Source: an uncultured Aminicenantes bacterium (lineage in GTDB: Bacteria > Acidobacteriota > Aminicenantia > UBA2199). Taken from it: a stretch of DNA of 64,000 nucleotides. Under the pieces are notes generated by a model. That model was given only the letters and a program-made list of their open reading frames with translations. It was not told where the DNA came from and made no database searches. The stretch spans positions 21,711 to 85,710 of the forward strand of contig CBDAFS010000058.1 in assembly GCA_965195285.1 (NCBI GenBank), written 5' to 3'. The translations under genes were made by a program, and so were the position numbers. Below, piece after piece: positions 1 through 9,337 of this stretch (positions are counted from its first letter, which is position 1; each line of letters opens with the position of its first letter).

Positions 1-2
1 TA

Positions 3-329
3 ACCAGTAAAAATGAAGGAACACCTGTTTCTTTAATTGAAGCCATGTTTTCGGGAATTCCCTTTATCGCTTCTATGGTAGGGGGCATACCGGATATGGC
101 CACTGGCTTAATGAAGAGAGAGGGAAATCTCTTCATTTATGATAATTGTGTTCTGATTAAGGGTTTTGATCCCGATGATTTTGAAAAGGCCATCCGGTTT
201 TTTTCTGATAGTAAAATCCGGAGAAAAGCAGGAAAATTGAGCAAACGATTTGCCGAAGAAAAATTTTCAGTTAATAGATTGATTAAAGACATTAAAATTT
301 TGTATTCAGATTTATTGGAAAATGAATAA
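3..329 (+). CDS. Glycosyltransferase family 4 (GT-B), C-terminal part; 5' end lies outside the window
   Basis: The frame is open from position 3 and reads TSKNEGTPVSLIEAM..IASMVGGIPD, the GT4 E-x7-E motif. Confidence 0.85.
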   Translation, partial: TSKNEGTPVSLIEAMFSGIPFIASMVGGIPDMATGLMKREGNLFIYDNCVLIKGFDPDDFEKAIRFFSDSKIRRKAGKLSKRFAEEKFSVNRLIKDIKILYSDLLENE

Positions 330-2055
330 CCTGATTTATTATTTGTCTGCTTTTGTATTTTCTGTGGGTGTAAACTTTCTTTTTATAAAATTCTGGAAGT
401 TTAGTGTTTTAAAATCACATGTGAAACAAGATCGCTGGGGTTCCAAAGTGGTTCCCTTAACCGGAGGGTTATCTATTTTTTTGGTGTTTTCAATTTTCAG
501 CATTTTTAAGATTGGTGCCTTTGAAGATGATAATAAAATGATTGTTGCTTTGATCGGGGGGGTGTTCTTATTCCTGCTGGGATTGGTTGATGATTTGATC
601 AATTTAAAATCATATCAAAAATTTTTAGCCCAAGTTTTTGTGGTATTGATGATCATGAGTTTTGGAATCCAGGCATCGTATCTGGGTAAACCTTTGTGTT
701 ATGTTATTACCTTCTTATGGATCCTGGGCATTACCAATGCTTTTAATCTCCTGGACAATATTGATGGTTTGTCAGCTGGAATCGGGGCCATCGCCTTCAT
801 TTTCCTGGGTCTTAATTTTATTGGTGAAGGTGCGCTTTTGCTCAGTCATTTCAGTTTGGTTCTGGCCGCCATTCTTTTGGGTTTCCTGATTTTTAATTTT
901 AATCCGGCAAAAGTATATTTGGGAGATAGCGGGGCTCTGGTAATTGGATATTTTCTCAGCATTTTCACGATCATCGGCTCTCAGAAAAGCGGAAAATCGG
1001 TATTTGTGACCGTTATTTTCCCGATTTTAATCATGTTGATTCCCATTTTGGATACCGTATTGGTATCCATTACCCGGAATATGAGGGGTCAATCACCTTT
1101 CGAGGGAGGCAAGGATCATCTGTCTCATCGCCTGGTTACGCTGGGCATGAGTGAAAAACAAGCTGTTTTGTTTTTGTATTCCATTTCCATTTTACTTGGA
1201 ATTTCAGCTTTCTTTTTTGTAGAAATCTCAACGGTTTTCTCCATGGTCATATACTTTTTCATCAGTCTGGTTTTTATTTTATTTGGAGTATATATCGGGA
1301 AGATCAGGATCGGATCCCCATCGGATAGAAAGAAAAGTGCCGTGGTTTTGAGTTCCAATTTCTTATACAAAAAGAGGATTTTTCATATCTTGGTGGACCT
1401 GATTTTGATTGCTCTGGTTTATTACCTGTCTTACCTTATTCGTTTTGAAGGGACTGTCAGTCAGAAGAATATAACCCTTTATCTTGAATCGGTTCCGATT
1501 GTTATCTTGTTTAAAATTATTTTTCTATACTACTTCAATGTGTATAAAATCGAGAGCATGTATTTTTCAGTTAGAGATGGATTGAATGTCATAAAGGGTC
1601 TTACCCTGGGTTCTGTTTCTTCGGTTTTGGTTTTAACTTTGTTGAATCGGTTTTTGGGTTATTCCAGAGCTGTATTTGTTGTTGATTGGATGCTGGCCAT
1701 TATTGTCCTGGGAGCGGTAAAGGTATTTTATCGATTATTTGAGGAATTATTTGCTCCGATCAGGTATAAAGAGAGGGGAAAAATTGTAGTGATTGGCGGA
1801 GATAGTATATTTCAGTCGATAAATAAATATCTGCAATTCAAACCTGCTATTAACCTGAGAATACTCAAACATATTGTTTTGACTGATTTCAATTTTGATG
1901 ATATGATAGAGTATTTGAAAAAACCCGATCATATCATTTGTATGATCTTGATGGAGGATAAAACCATTTTGACAAGCGAGCAGCTAATATCAATTCAGAG
2001 AATGGGAATTCCGGTGGTAAATGAAAAGGAATTCTTTGCAAAAATATTGGAGTAA
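322..2055 (+). CDS. WecA/MraY-family undecaprenyl-phosphate HexNAc-1-phosphate transferase fused to a C-terminal 4-TM plus degenerate Rossmann domain (CapD/WcaJ N-terminal-like)
   Basis: Motifs GLVDD, NAFNLLDNIDGL, FNFNPAKVYLGDSG and DHLSHRL. C-terminal extension DLILIALVYYLSYLIRF..YSRAVFVVDW..IVVIGG. Confidence 0.85.
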   Translation: MNNLIYYLSAFVFSVGVNFLFIKFWKFSVLKSHVKQDRWGSKVVPLTGGLSIFLVFSIFSIFKIGAFEDDNKMIVALIGGVFLFLLGLVDDLINLKSYQKFLAQVFVVLMIMSFGIQASYLGKPLCYVITFLWILGITNAFNLLDNIDGLSAGIGAIAFIFLGLNFIGEGALLLSHFSLVLAAILLGFLIFNFNPAKVYLGDSGALVIGYFLSIFTIIGSQKSGKSVFVTVIFPILIMLIPILDTVLVSITRNMRGQSPFEGGKDHLSHRLVTLGMSEKQAVLFLYSISILLGISAFFFVEISTVFSMVIYFFISLVFILFGVYIGKIRIGSPSDRKKSAVVLSSNFLYKKRIFHILVDLILIALVYYLSYLIRFEGTVSQKNITLYLESVPIVILFKIIFLYYFNVYKIESMYFSVRDGLNVIKGLTLGSVSSVLVLTLLNRFLGYSRAVFVVDWMLAIIVLGAVKVFYRLFEELFAPIRYKERGKIVVIGGDSIFQSINKYLQFKPAINLRILKHIVLTDFNFDDMIEYLKKPDHIICMILMEDKTILTSEQLISIQRMGIPVVNEKEFFAKILE

Positions 2056-2086
2056 ATTTGAAACCAACAGAGGATAGAATAGAAAA

Positions 2087-3049
2087 ATGAAGTTGTTGGT
2101 AACCGGGGGGGCTGGTTTTATTGGCTCAAACATTTGTCGAAAATACTTGGAAAGAGGGGATGAAGTTCATATCATTGATAATTTGTCAACCGGGAAATTT
2201 GAGAACATTTCCGGTCTTCTGGAAAAATATCCGGACAAACTTTCTTTTGATGAAGATTCGATTTTAAATGATAAGCTGGTTATGAAATTAACCAGTCTGG
2301 CCGATGTGGTTATTCATCTGGCTGCTGCTGTGGGAGTCAAATATATTATTAATAATCCGCTCAGTGCCATGGAGACCAATATTATCGGAACGGAAAATGT
2401 ACTCCGGGGAGCAAAAGTATTCAAGAAAAAGATTTTTATCGCTTCCTCCTCGGAAGTATACGGGGATCAGGAAAAAGCCCCTCTGTATGAAGAAGACTCG
2501 GTGATATTCGGCCCCTCGGTTAAATTGAGGTGGTCTTATGCAGCATCCAAGCTGGTTGATGAATTTCTGGCTTTATCCTATTACCGGACCCTGGATATTC
2601 CGGTGGTGATATGCCGGTTTTTTAATATTATCGGTCCCAAACAAACCGGAGAATACGGTATGGTGGTTCCCCGATTTGTTGATCAAGCCATGAAAAATGA
2701 ACCTTTGTTGGTTTATGGAGATGGCAATCAGACCAGGACCTTTACTTATATCAAGGATGCTATGAATGCCATCATGAATATGATGGAAAATGAAAAATGT
2801 GTGGGACAGATTATCAATATTGGGGGAACCGAGGAGATAAAAATACTTGACCTGGCCAAAAAAATTATTCAGCTTTCCGAATCATCTTCAAGTATAGAGT
2901 TGGTTCCCTATGAGAAGGTATATGGAAAGGATTTTGATGACATGAAAAGGAGGGTCCCCTCCCTGGAAAAGGCCAGGAAGTTATTGGGTTTCAATCCGAA
3001 ATATGGACTCGATGACTCTCTGAAAATTATCATTGATTCAATGAAGTAA
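2087..3049 (+). CDS. NAD-dependent nucleotide-sugar epimerase/dehydratase (extended SDR)
   Basis: GGAGFIGS, HLAAAVGV, SSSEVYG and YAASK (YxxxK). Confidence 0.9.
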   Translation: MKLLVTGGAGFIGSNICRKYLERGDEVHIIDNLSTGKFENISGLLEKYPDKLSFDEDSILNDKLVMKLTSLADVVIHLAAAVGVKYIINNPLSAMETNIIGTENVLRGAKVFKKKIFIASSSEVYGDQEKAPLYEEDSVIFGPSVKLRWSYAASKLVDEFLALSYYRTLDIPVVICRFFNIIGPKQTGEYGMVVPRFVDQAMKNEPLLVYGDGNQTRTFTYIKDAMNAIMNMMENEKCVGQIINIGGTEEIKILDLAKKIIQLSESSSSIELVPYEKVYGKDFDDMKRRVPSLEKARKLLGFNPKYGLDDSLKIIIDSMK

Positions 3050-3111
3050 ACTTGCTTGTTCTGGCAATGAGTTTCAATAAACGGATTTTACAGCATTCAT
3101 GAGGTGAAATA

Positions 3112-4431
3112 GTGAAGCATCAAGTCATTGAAAAAATTAAGGAGCATCGCAGTATTATTGGAATTATTGGTCTTGGTTATGTCGGTTTGCCTCTGGCCAA
3201 TGAATTCCTGCGAAAAGGTTTTAAAGTCGTTGGATTTGATGTCGATTCGGATAAAGTGAAAAGAATAAACCGGGGAGAGAGTTATATAAAACATCTGGAT
3301 GATAGTTTTATAAAAGAGAGTGTGATATCCAAGCAAATATTCAAGGCGACCGCTGATTTCGCCCAGTTGAAAGATGTTGATGTGATTATCATTTGTGTGC
3401 CCACTCCTCTTGGCAAACACAAGGAGCCAAATCTTTCTTATGTGTTGGATACCACCCGGAAAATAGCTGAATATCTCAGCCCGGGACAGGTGGTTGTACT
3501 GGAGAGCACGACTTTTCCAGGAACCACCGAACAGGAAATGCTCCCTCTTTTTGAGAAGAAGGGCTTCCGGGTGGGCAGTGATTTCTATCTGGGATACTCA
3601 CCTGAACGGGAGGACCCGGGAAGCAAAAGATTTTCAACCGCCACCATTCCTAAAATTGTTAGCGGTGTGACTCCGGACTGTCTTGAAATCATTGAATTAT
3701 TGTATAAACAGGTGATTGTCAAAACGGTTAAGGTGTCCTCTACCAAAATTGCCGAGGCTTCCAAGATACTGGAAAATACCTACCGGGCGGTGAATATTGC
3801 TCTGGTGAATGAGTTAAAACTTGTTTTTGATCGAATGGAAATTGATGTCTGGGAAGTGATTGATGCGGCTGCGACCAAGCCCTTTGGTTTCCAGCCCTTC
3901 TATCCGGGACCAGGGCTGGGAGGGCATTGTATTCCCATTGATCCCTTTTACCTGACCTGGAAAGCCAAAGAGTATGACCTTCATACCCGTTTTATAGAAC
4001 TTGCCGGAGAGATTAACAACAATATGCCTTACTATGTGGTTGAGAGAATAATACGGGCTCTTAATTCAATCGGAAAATCGGTTGTGGATTCCCGTATACT
4101 CATTGTGGGGCTGGCCTATAAACCTGATATCGATGATATCCGGGAAAGCCCGTCCTTGAAAATCATAGAGCTTTTGTTGAAAGAAAAAGCCCATATCGAT
4201 TATTTTGACCCCTTCATAGCAATGCTGCCTGAAACCCGCAAGTATAAGTTCGGTCTGAAATCAATTGATATAAAAAAGGTTGAGAAAAATGGCTACCATG
4301 CGGTGGTAATTGTTACGGATCACTCATCCATTGATTACCGGTCAATAGTGGAAAAGGGAGAGGTTATCATTGATACCCGGAATGTATTCTCCAAAATGGG
4401 CATCAGCCATAAAAAAATTTGGAAAGCATGA
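3112..4431 (+). CDS. wbpA: UDP-N-acetylglucosamine 6-dehydrogenase (WbpA/WbpO-like)
   Basis: GLGYVGLP, CVPTP, ESTT.PGTT, SPERE, GLGGHCIP; GTG start after a GAGG Shine-Dalgarno (SD) site. Confidence 0.88.
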   Translation: MKHQVIEKIKEHRSIIGIIGLGYVGLPLANEFLRKGFKVVGFDVDSDKVKRINRGESYIKHLDDSFIKESVISKQIFKATADFAQLKDVDVIIICVPTPLGKHKEPNLSYVLDTTRKIAEYLSPGQVVVLESTTFPGTTEQEMLPLFEKKGFRVGSDFYLGYSPEREDPGSKRFSTATIPKIVSGVTPDCLEIIELLYKQVIVKTVKVSSTKIAEASKILENTYRAVNIALVNELKLVFDRMEIDVWEVIDAAATKPFGFQPFYPGPGLGGHCIPIDPFYLTWKAKEYDLHTRFIELAGEINNNMPYYVVERIIRALNSIGKSVVDSRILIVGLAYKPDIDDIRESPSLKIIELLLKEKAHIDYFDPFIAMLPETRKYKFGLKSIDIKKVEKNGYHAVVIVTDHSSIDYRSIVEKGEVIIDTRNVFSKMGISHKKIWKA

Positions 4432-5405
4432 AAAAAAATATTGCCCTGATCGGGGCAGGTCCCTGGGGTAAAAATCATTTGCAGAATCTGGCTGAACTGA
4501 GAGTATTGCATAGTGTACTTGAAAAGTCTGAAGACAGAATCAAGGAGTTAAAAAAAAGTTTTCCTGATGTTAATTTTATATTGGATGAAGGCCTCATACT
4601 CAATAATCCTGAGATTCAAGCAGTGGTAATTGCCGTTCCCTCAATTTTGCATTTTTCCCTGACCCGGAAATATTTACTGGCTGGCAAGGATGTGATGGTG
4701 GAAAAACCATTATCCCTGACAGTGGTCGAAGGTCAGGAACTTGTAAAATTGGCTGAGCAGAGGAAGAAAATTTTAATGGTCGGGCATATTTTACAGTATC
4801 ATCCCGCCATTATAAAATTGAAATCAATGATTTTGAATGCCGAACTGGGAAATATTCGCTATATTTACTCCAATCGATTGAATATTGGTAAACTGAGAAG
4901 CGAGGAAAATGTGCTTTGGAGCTTTGCTCCTCATGATATCTCCCTGATTTTGATGCTAATGGGTTATGAAGATCCCCTGAAGATTTCCGCCTATGGAGGA
5001 GCATATATAAATCCCAATATATTTGATACCACCTTGACCATTTTTGAATTCAAGAACGGGGTAATGGCGCATATATTTGTCAGCTGGCTTCACCCCTATA
5101 AAGAACAAAAACTGGTGGTGGTGGGTTCCAAAAAGATGGCTCTCTTTGATGATCTCAGTGAGGGGAAATTGTTTGTCTACCCCCATGAGATTAAGCTGGA
5201 AAACGGAAAAATTCCAGTTGCCCATAAAGCTGATTTTATAATGATTGATGTACCACCCAAGCAACCATTAAAAGAAGAATTGCTGCATTTCATCAACTGC
5301 ATCGAAACCCGATCTATTCCAAAAACAGATGCAAGAGAAGGGTTGATGGTTTTAAAAATACTTGAAAAAGCTGAACACAGCCTCCGGAAAGAATCTGCCG
5401 GATGA
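4428..5405 (+). CDS. wbpB: Gfo/Idh/MocA oxidoreductase, UDP-GlcNAcA 3-dehydrogenase (WbpB/WlbA-like)
   Basis: GAGPWG, VEKP, VGH and SFAPHD motifs. ATGA overlap with the upstream stop places the start at 4428. Confidence 0.8.
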   Translation: MKKNIALIGAGPWGKNHLQNLAELRVLHSVLEKSEDRIKELKKSFPDVNFILDEGLILNNPEIQAVVIAVPSILHFSLTRKYLLAGKDVMVEKPLSLTVVEGQELVKLAEQRKKILMVGHILQYHPAIIKLKSMILNAELGNIRYIYSNRLNIGKLRSEENVLWSFAPHDISLILMLMGYEDPLKISAYGGAYINPNIFDTTLTIFEFKNGVMAHIFVSWLHPYKEQKLVVVGSKKMALFDDLSEGKLFVYPHEIKLENGKIPVAHKADFIMIDVPPKQPLKEELLHFINCIETRSIPKTDAREGLMVLKILEKAEHSLRKESAG

Positions 5406-5408
5406 GGA

Positions 5409-6020
5409 ATGGACATGGAAAAAAAGGCATACTTTGTGCATGAAAGCAGTTATATTGATGAAGATGTGGAAATAGGATCCGGGACTAAGATTTGGCATTT
5501 CTCTCATATTCAGCGGGGAGCCAAAATTGGAAAAAACTGTTCGCTGGGCCAGAACGTCAATATCGGGAACAATGTCATTATTGGAAATCAGGTCAAAATT
5601 CAGAACAATGTATCGGTATATGAGGGGGTAACCATGGAGGATTTTGTTTTTTGCGGACCCTCTTCCGTATTTACAAATATTATGAATCCGCGTTCTGAGT
5701 TTCCCCAGAGGGGCACTGATTTTTATCGAAAAACCGCGGTTAAAAGGGGAGCAACAATCGGGGCCAATGCCACCATTGTATGCGGAGTGACCATTGGGCG
5801 GTATACGTTTTTGGCGGCCGGGGCTTTGGTGACCATGGATATTCCGAATTTTGCTCTGGTTATCGGGGTGCCGGCAAGAATAAGGGGCTGGATGTGTGCC
5901 TGCGGTCAAAAACTGAAGCTTTCGGTAGATCAACATTCAAAGGAAAGTGCAGAATGTCAGAAGTGTTCGCGACAATATGAAAAAATAGGGTTGACGGTTA
6001 AGGAAATGATTGGAGGCTAA
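5409..6020 (+). CDS. wbpD: Left-handed beta-helix N-acetyltransferase (WbpD/WlbB-like) with C-terminal Cys ribbon
   Basis: [36 protein letters not shown] and GWMCACG..C..C. Confidence 0.85.
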   Translation: MDMEKKAYFVHESSYIDEDVEIGSGTKIWHFSHIQRGAKIGKNCSLGQNVNIGNNVIIGNQVKIQNNVSVYEGVTMEDFVFCGPSSVFTNIMNPRSEFPQRGTDFYRKTAVKRGATIGANATIVCGVTIGRYTFLAAGALVTMDIPNFALVIGVPARIRGWMCACGQKLKLSVDQHSKESAECQKCSRQYEKIGLTVKEMIGG

Positions 6021-6021
6021 G

Positions 6022-7134
6022 ATGCAGTTTATTGATTTACAGACCCAGCAAAAACGAATTCGAAACAAAATTAATGAAAATATCAAAAAAGTCCTGGATC
6101 ATGGCCAGTATATCATGGGCCCGGAAATCAAGGAGTTGGAGGAAAAGTTGGCTGATTATGTGAATGTGAATTATGCCATTGGCGTGGCCAGCGGGACCGA
6201 TGCCTTATTGATGCCTTTGATGACCTATCAAATAGGTCGGAACGATGCCATTTTTACCTCACCGTTTACATTTATCGCTACCGCAGAGGTTATTCAATTG
6301 CTGGGGGCCACCCCGGTTTTTATTGATATTGATCCAGCCACTTACAATATGGATTCCGACAAGCTGGAGGAATCAATTTCTTCAATAAAAAGAGCAGGCA
6401 AATTGAAACCGCGGGGAATTATCCCGGTTGATATATTTGGACAGGCAGCGGACTATGATGAAATTAATGCCATTGCCAAAAGACATGATCTGTTTGTACT
6501 GGAGGATGCGGCCCAGGGGTTTGGTGGTTCTTACAAGGGGAGAAGAATCGGTTCCCTGGGAAATGTGGCTGCCACCAGTTTCTTCCCTGCCAAACCTCTA
6601 GGTGCCTACGGTGATGGTGGGATGATTTTTACCCATGAAAAGCAAATAGCCGAGGACTTGGTTTCGGTCCGGATTCATGGGAAAGGTGCAACCAAATATG
6701 AAAATGTCCGGGTGGGGATTAATGGCCGGCTGGATACGATTCAGGCAGCTATTCTATTGGCAAAATTCTCCCTTCTGGATGAAGAAGTACAGATGCGACA
6801 GGAAGTTGCCCAACGGTATGATCACGGGCTCAAGGACTGTGTTCAGATTCCCTTGGTTAAAGAATTCAATATCTCTGCCTGGGCTCAATACTCGATCCGG
6901 CATCCCCAAAGAGAGAGAATTGTAAAAGCCCTTAAATCAAAGGAAATTCCCACTGCGATCTACTACCCGATCCCATTGCACCTGCAGAAAGCCTTTGTTA
7001 ATTTGGGATATCAACCAGGTGATTTCCCTGTCAGTGAGAAAATTTCCGGAGATATTTTCAGTGTTCCGATGCATCCTTATCTTGAGGCTGATATTCAGCA
7101 AAAAGTGATTGACTGTATCAGACGGAATTCTTGA
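6022..7134 (+). CDS. wbpE: DegT/DnrJ/EryC1/StrS PLP aminotransferase (WbpE/WlbC-like)
   Basis: MQFIDL, SGTDAL, EDAAQ and SFFPAKPLG.YGDGG. GGAGG SD site precedes ATG 6022. Confidence 0.88.
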   Translation: MQFIDLQTQQKRIRNKINENIKKVLDHGQYIMGPEIKELEEKLADYVNVNYAIGVASGTDALLMPLMTYQIGRNDAIFTSPFTFIATAEVIQLLGATPVFIDIDPATYNMDSDKLEESISSIKRAGKLKPRGIIPVDIFGQAADYDEINAIAKRHDLFVLEDAAQGFGGSYKGRRIGSLGNVAATSFFPAKPLGAYGDGGMIFTHEKQIAEDLVSVRIHGKGATKYENVRVGINGRLDTIQAAILLAKFSLLDEEVQMRQEVAQRYDHGLKDCVQIPLVKEFNISAWAQYSIRHPQRERIVKALKSKEIPTAIYYPIPLHLQKAFVNLGYQPGDFPVSEKISGDIFSVPMHPYLEADIQQKVIDCIRRNS

Positions 7135-7193
7135 CCCTCCTTTTTTTTGGGGAGGACCCACAATTTAAACATATATTGTCCTGAAATTAACCG

Positions 7194-9080
7194 ATGAAAA
7201 ACAGTCAGCGAGTTTTTTTATTTTTCGCTCTTCTGGTTTTTTTGATTTTTTTCCTGGTTCTGGAATTTCACCTGAATATTGTTTTCTTGCCTTTCACCTT
7301 CCTTTTTATCGGGATCGGCATTCGAATTTTTTTTAGATCCGATTATGTCATTGTTTTTACCTTTTTATTTCCCCTGACTCCGGCATTTGCATTTTTTGAA
7401 AACCAGGGATTTCCCTTTAATTACCTGGTGTTGCCAATTATTCTCTTGACTGGAGTGGTTATCGGGGAATTGTTTTTAAATAGACAGAAGATTTTTCAAT
7501 TATTAGCTTATGTAAACAAATACTATTTACTCTTGTTATTATTTATTTCCATTTCTGTTGTATTTGTTATTTTGAGATGGTCAAATTTGACTCTTTCATC
7601 CATTGCGGCATTTGCCAATACCCCGGTAGCGCCCCCTGATATTCGTTTTTCATTTGGGACTATATTCCCTTTGATTTATCTCCTGGTGTTTTTTATGTCA
7701 CCGTTTTATTTTTTATACCTTCGGGAGATTGAGAATAAAAAAAGAGTTGTCATTGCTTTTCTCCTCGGGCATTCAGTTTCCATTTTGTTTTCTTTGATTC
7801 AAAATTTATTCAAGGTTAAATTGTTTTTATGGAAACCCTGCAATGGCCTGGCTTCGGATAATTCATCATTCGGATTTCTGAGTGCGACTGCATTGCTGCT
7901 CTCTGTTTATGTTTTTTTTAAATATGAAGAAAAACGGAAGGGGACATTTTTCTGTCTGATATCTTTACTGGGGATTTTAATTTCTCATTCCAGGTTGGGA
8001 TTGATTGCGATTTTTTTCACAATATTTTATTTTTTGTTCAAGTTGAAAAAGAGGGAGTTGCTGATTTTTGTTATGATTGTCCTGGTGGTGACCATTATCT
8101 CAGTTTGTTTTGTTCAGAACCTTGAAATATCGAGGGATATTTATTTTTTAAAGGAAATGAAAAAAAATATTGTCAATTTTCAACGGTTTATCATTTCAGG
8201 AGAAAAGAATCCTGAGGTGGCCAGAAAATTCCTGGCCGGTAGGGAACAGGTCTGGATTTATGCCCTGAAAATAATAAAGGCCTATCCCTTATGCGGCGTA
8301 GGCGTGGGAAATTTTCTTTTTTGGGTCATGTATGATCAATATGGACAGGACTATTTTCACGATCTGGTCGGGAATCAATACCTGTTTTTTTCATCCGGAA
8401 TCGGGATTCTGGGGTTACTGGTTTTCTTGGTATTTTTGTATGGCATATGGGTGGGGAAAAAAGGTTTGGATAAATGGATATTTTCGTGTGTGTTGATCAT
8501 ATTTCTCTTTGGGAGTCATTTTTGGATTTCCGAGGCGTTTTTGTTGTTCTGGCTTTTGTGTTCACTGAACCATAGGGAAAAAAGTCGAGTGTTCATCAGA
8601 AAAAAACCTTTTTACTTGGTTTCAGGCCTGATAGTGGGGGTTTTTATTTTATCCAATGTTATCCAGTTCGGTGCACTCCATCCAAAAAACTGGGCCAACG
8701 AAGTTAAAACCGATTATGATTATGGTTTCTGGTATCAGGAAAAGGATTCCAGAGGAAAACTTTTTTCCTGGACAGGAAAAAAGGCCGGAATATACTTGGA
8801 TTTGAATGAGCAGGGAAAATCCAAAAAAATTAAATTATTCTGTGGTGCCCCGCTTCAGGAATTGAAAGAAAAACAACAGAGCGTCAATATTTATTGGAGG
8901 GGGCAATCCTATAAAAAGCTGATTTTTAAAGAAAACCAGGAATTTGAATTTCGTATAGATGATCAATCCCATGATGAGGGTTTTCTTGAGTTCAGGATAG
9001 AACCCGCTTTCAATCTTAGAAGAATGGGGCTCTCCGAGGAAGCCCGGGATCTGGGGGTCCAGTTTTATTATCCTGAATAA
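7194..9080 (+). CDS. O-antigen ligase/Wzy_C-family multi-pass membrane protein with C-terminal soluble domain
   Basis: Many TM segments, SHSRLG, GREQVW..A..YPLCGVGVGNF and NQYL..GILG; located at the end of the glycan cluster. Confidence 0.75.
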   Translation: MKNSQRVFLFFALLVFLIFFLVLEFHLNIVFLPFTFLFIGIGIRIFFRSDYVIVFTFLFPLTPAFAFFENQGFPFNYLVLPIILLTGVVIGELFLNRQKIFQLLAYVNKYYLLLLLFISISVVFVILRWSNLTLSSIAAFANTPVAPPDIRFSFGTIFPLIYLLVFFMSPFYFLYLREIENKKRVVIAFLLGHSVSILFSLIQNLFKVKLFLWKPCNGLASDNSSFGFLSATALLLSVYVFFKYEEKRKGTFFCLISLLGILISHSRLGLIAIFFTIFYFLFKLKKRELLIFVMIVLVVTIISVCFVQNLEISRDIYFLKEMKKNIVNFQRFIISGEKNPEVARKFLAGREQVWIYALKIIKAYPLCGVGVGNFLFWVMYDQYGQDYFHDLVGNQYLFFSSGIGILGLLVFLVFLYGIWVGKKGLDKWIFSCVLIIFLFGSHFWISEAFLLFWLLCSLNHREKSRVFIRKKPFYLVSGLIVGVFILSNVIQFGALHPKNWANEVKTDYDYGFWYQEKDSRGKLFSWTGKKAGIYLDLNEQGKSKKIKLFCGAPLQELKEKQQSVNIYWRGQSYKKLIFKENQEFEFRIDDQSHDEGFLEFRIEPAFNLRRMGLSEEARDLGVQFYYPE

Positions 9081-9120
9081 TTCTTAGGCCTTTATTCAAA
9101 TATTTTCTTATGTCTTTTTT

Positions 9121-9306
9121 TTAAGAATAGGGAGATCTTCTGTTCAAGTTTACGGTAAGTGGGCAACTGCCGGTGAATGCTGAAATTAAGGTGAATATGC
9201 CGATCACTCCCAGCCAGTTCTTATAATAAACCCCCAGGCCAATCACCACCAGGGAGAGGAATACTCGAATATATTTAATGAAGGGATTTGTATTGCATTT
9301 TTTCAT
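9121..9306 (-). CDS. Small membrane protein, DUF2892 (YgaP-like)
   Basis: N...IR....G....WLG.IG...L.SA.TG.CPL pattern; TATAAT lies 6 nt upstream of ATG 9306. Confidence 0.7.
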   Translation of the reverse strand: MKKCNTNPFIKYIRVFLSLVVIGLGVYYKNWLGVIGIFTLISAFTGSCPLTVNLNRRSPYS

Positions 9307-9337
9307 AACCATATTATACTATTGAAACGCAGGTATT

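Noticed and set aside
7136-7156. CCTCC-T8-GGGGAGG hairpin as a terminator
   Set aside because: The stem is short, the T-run lies in the loop and there is no U-tail.
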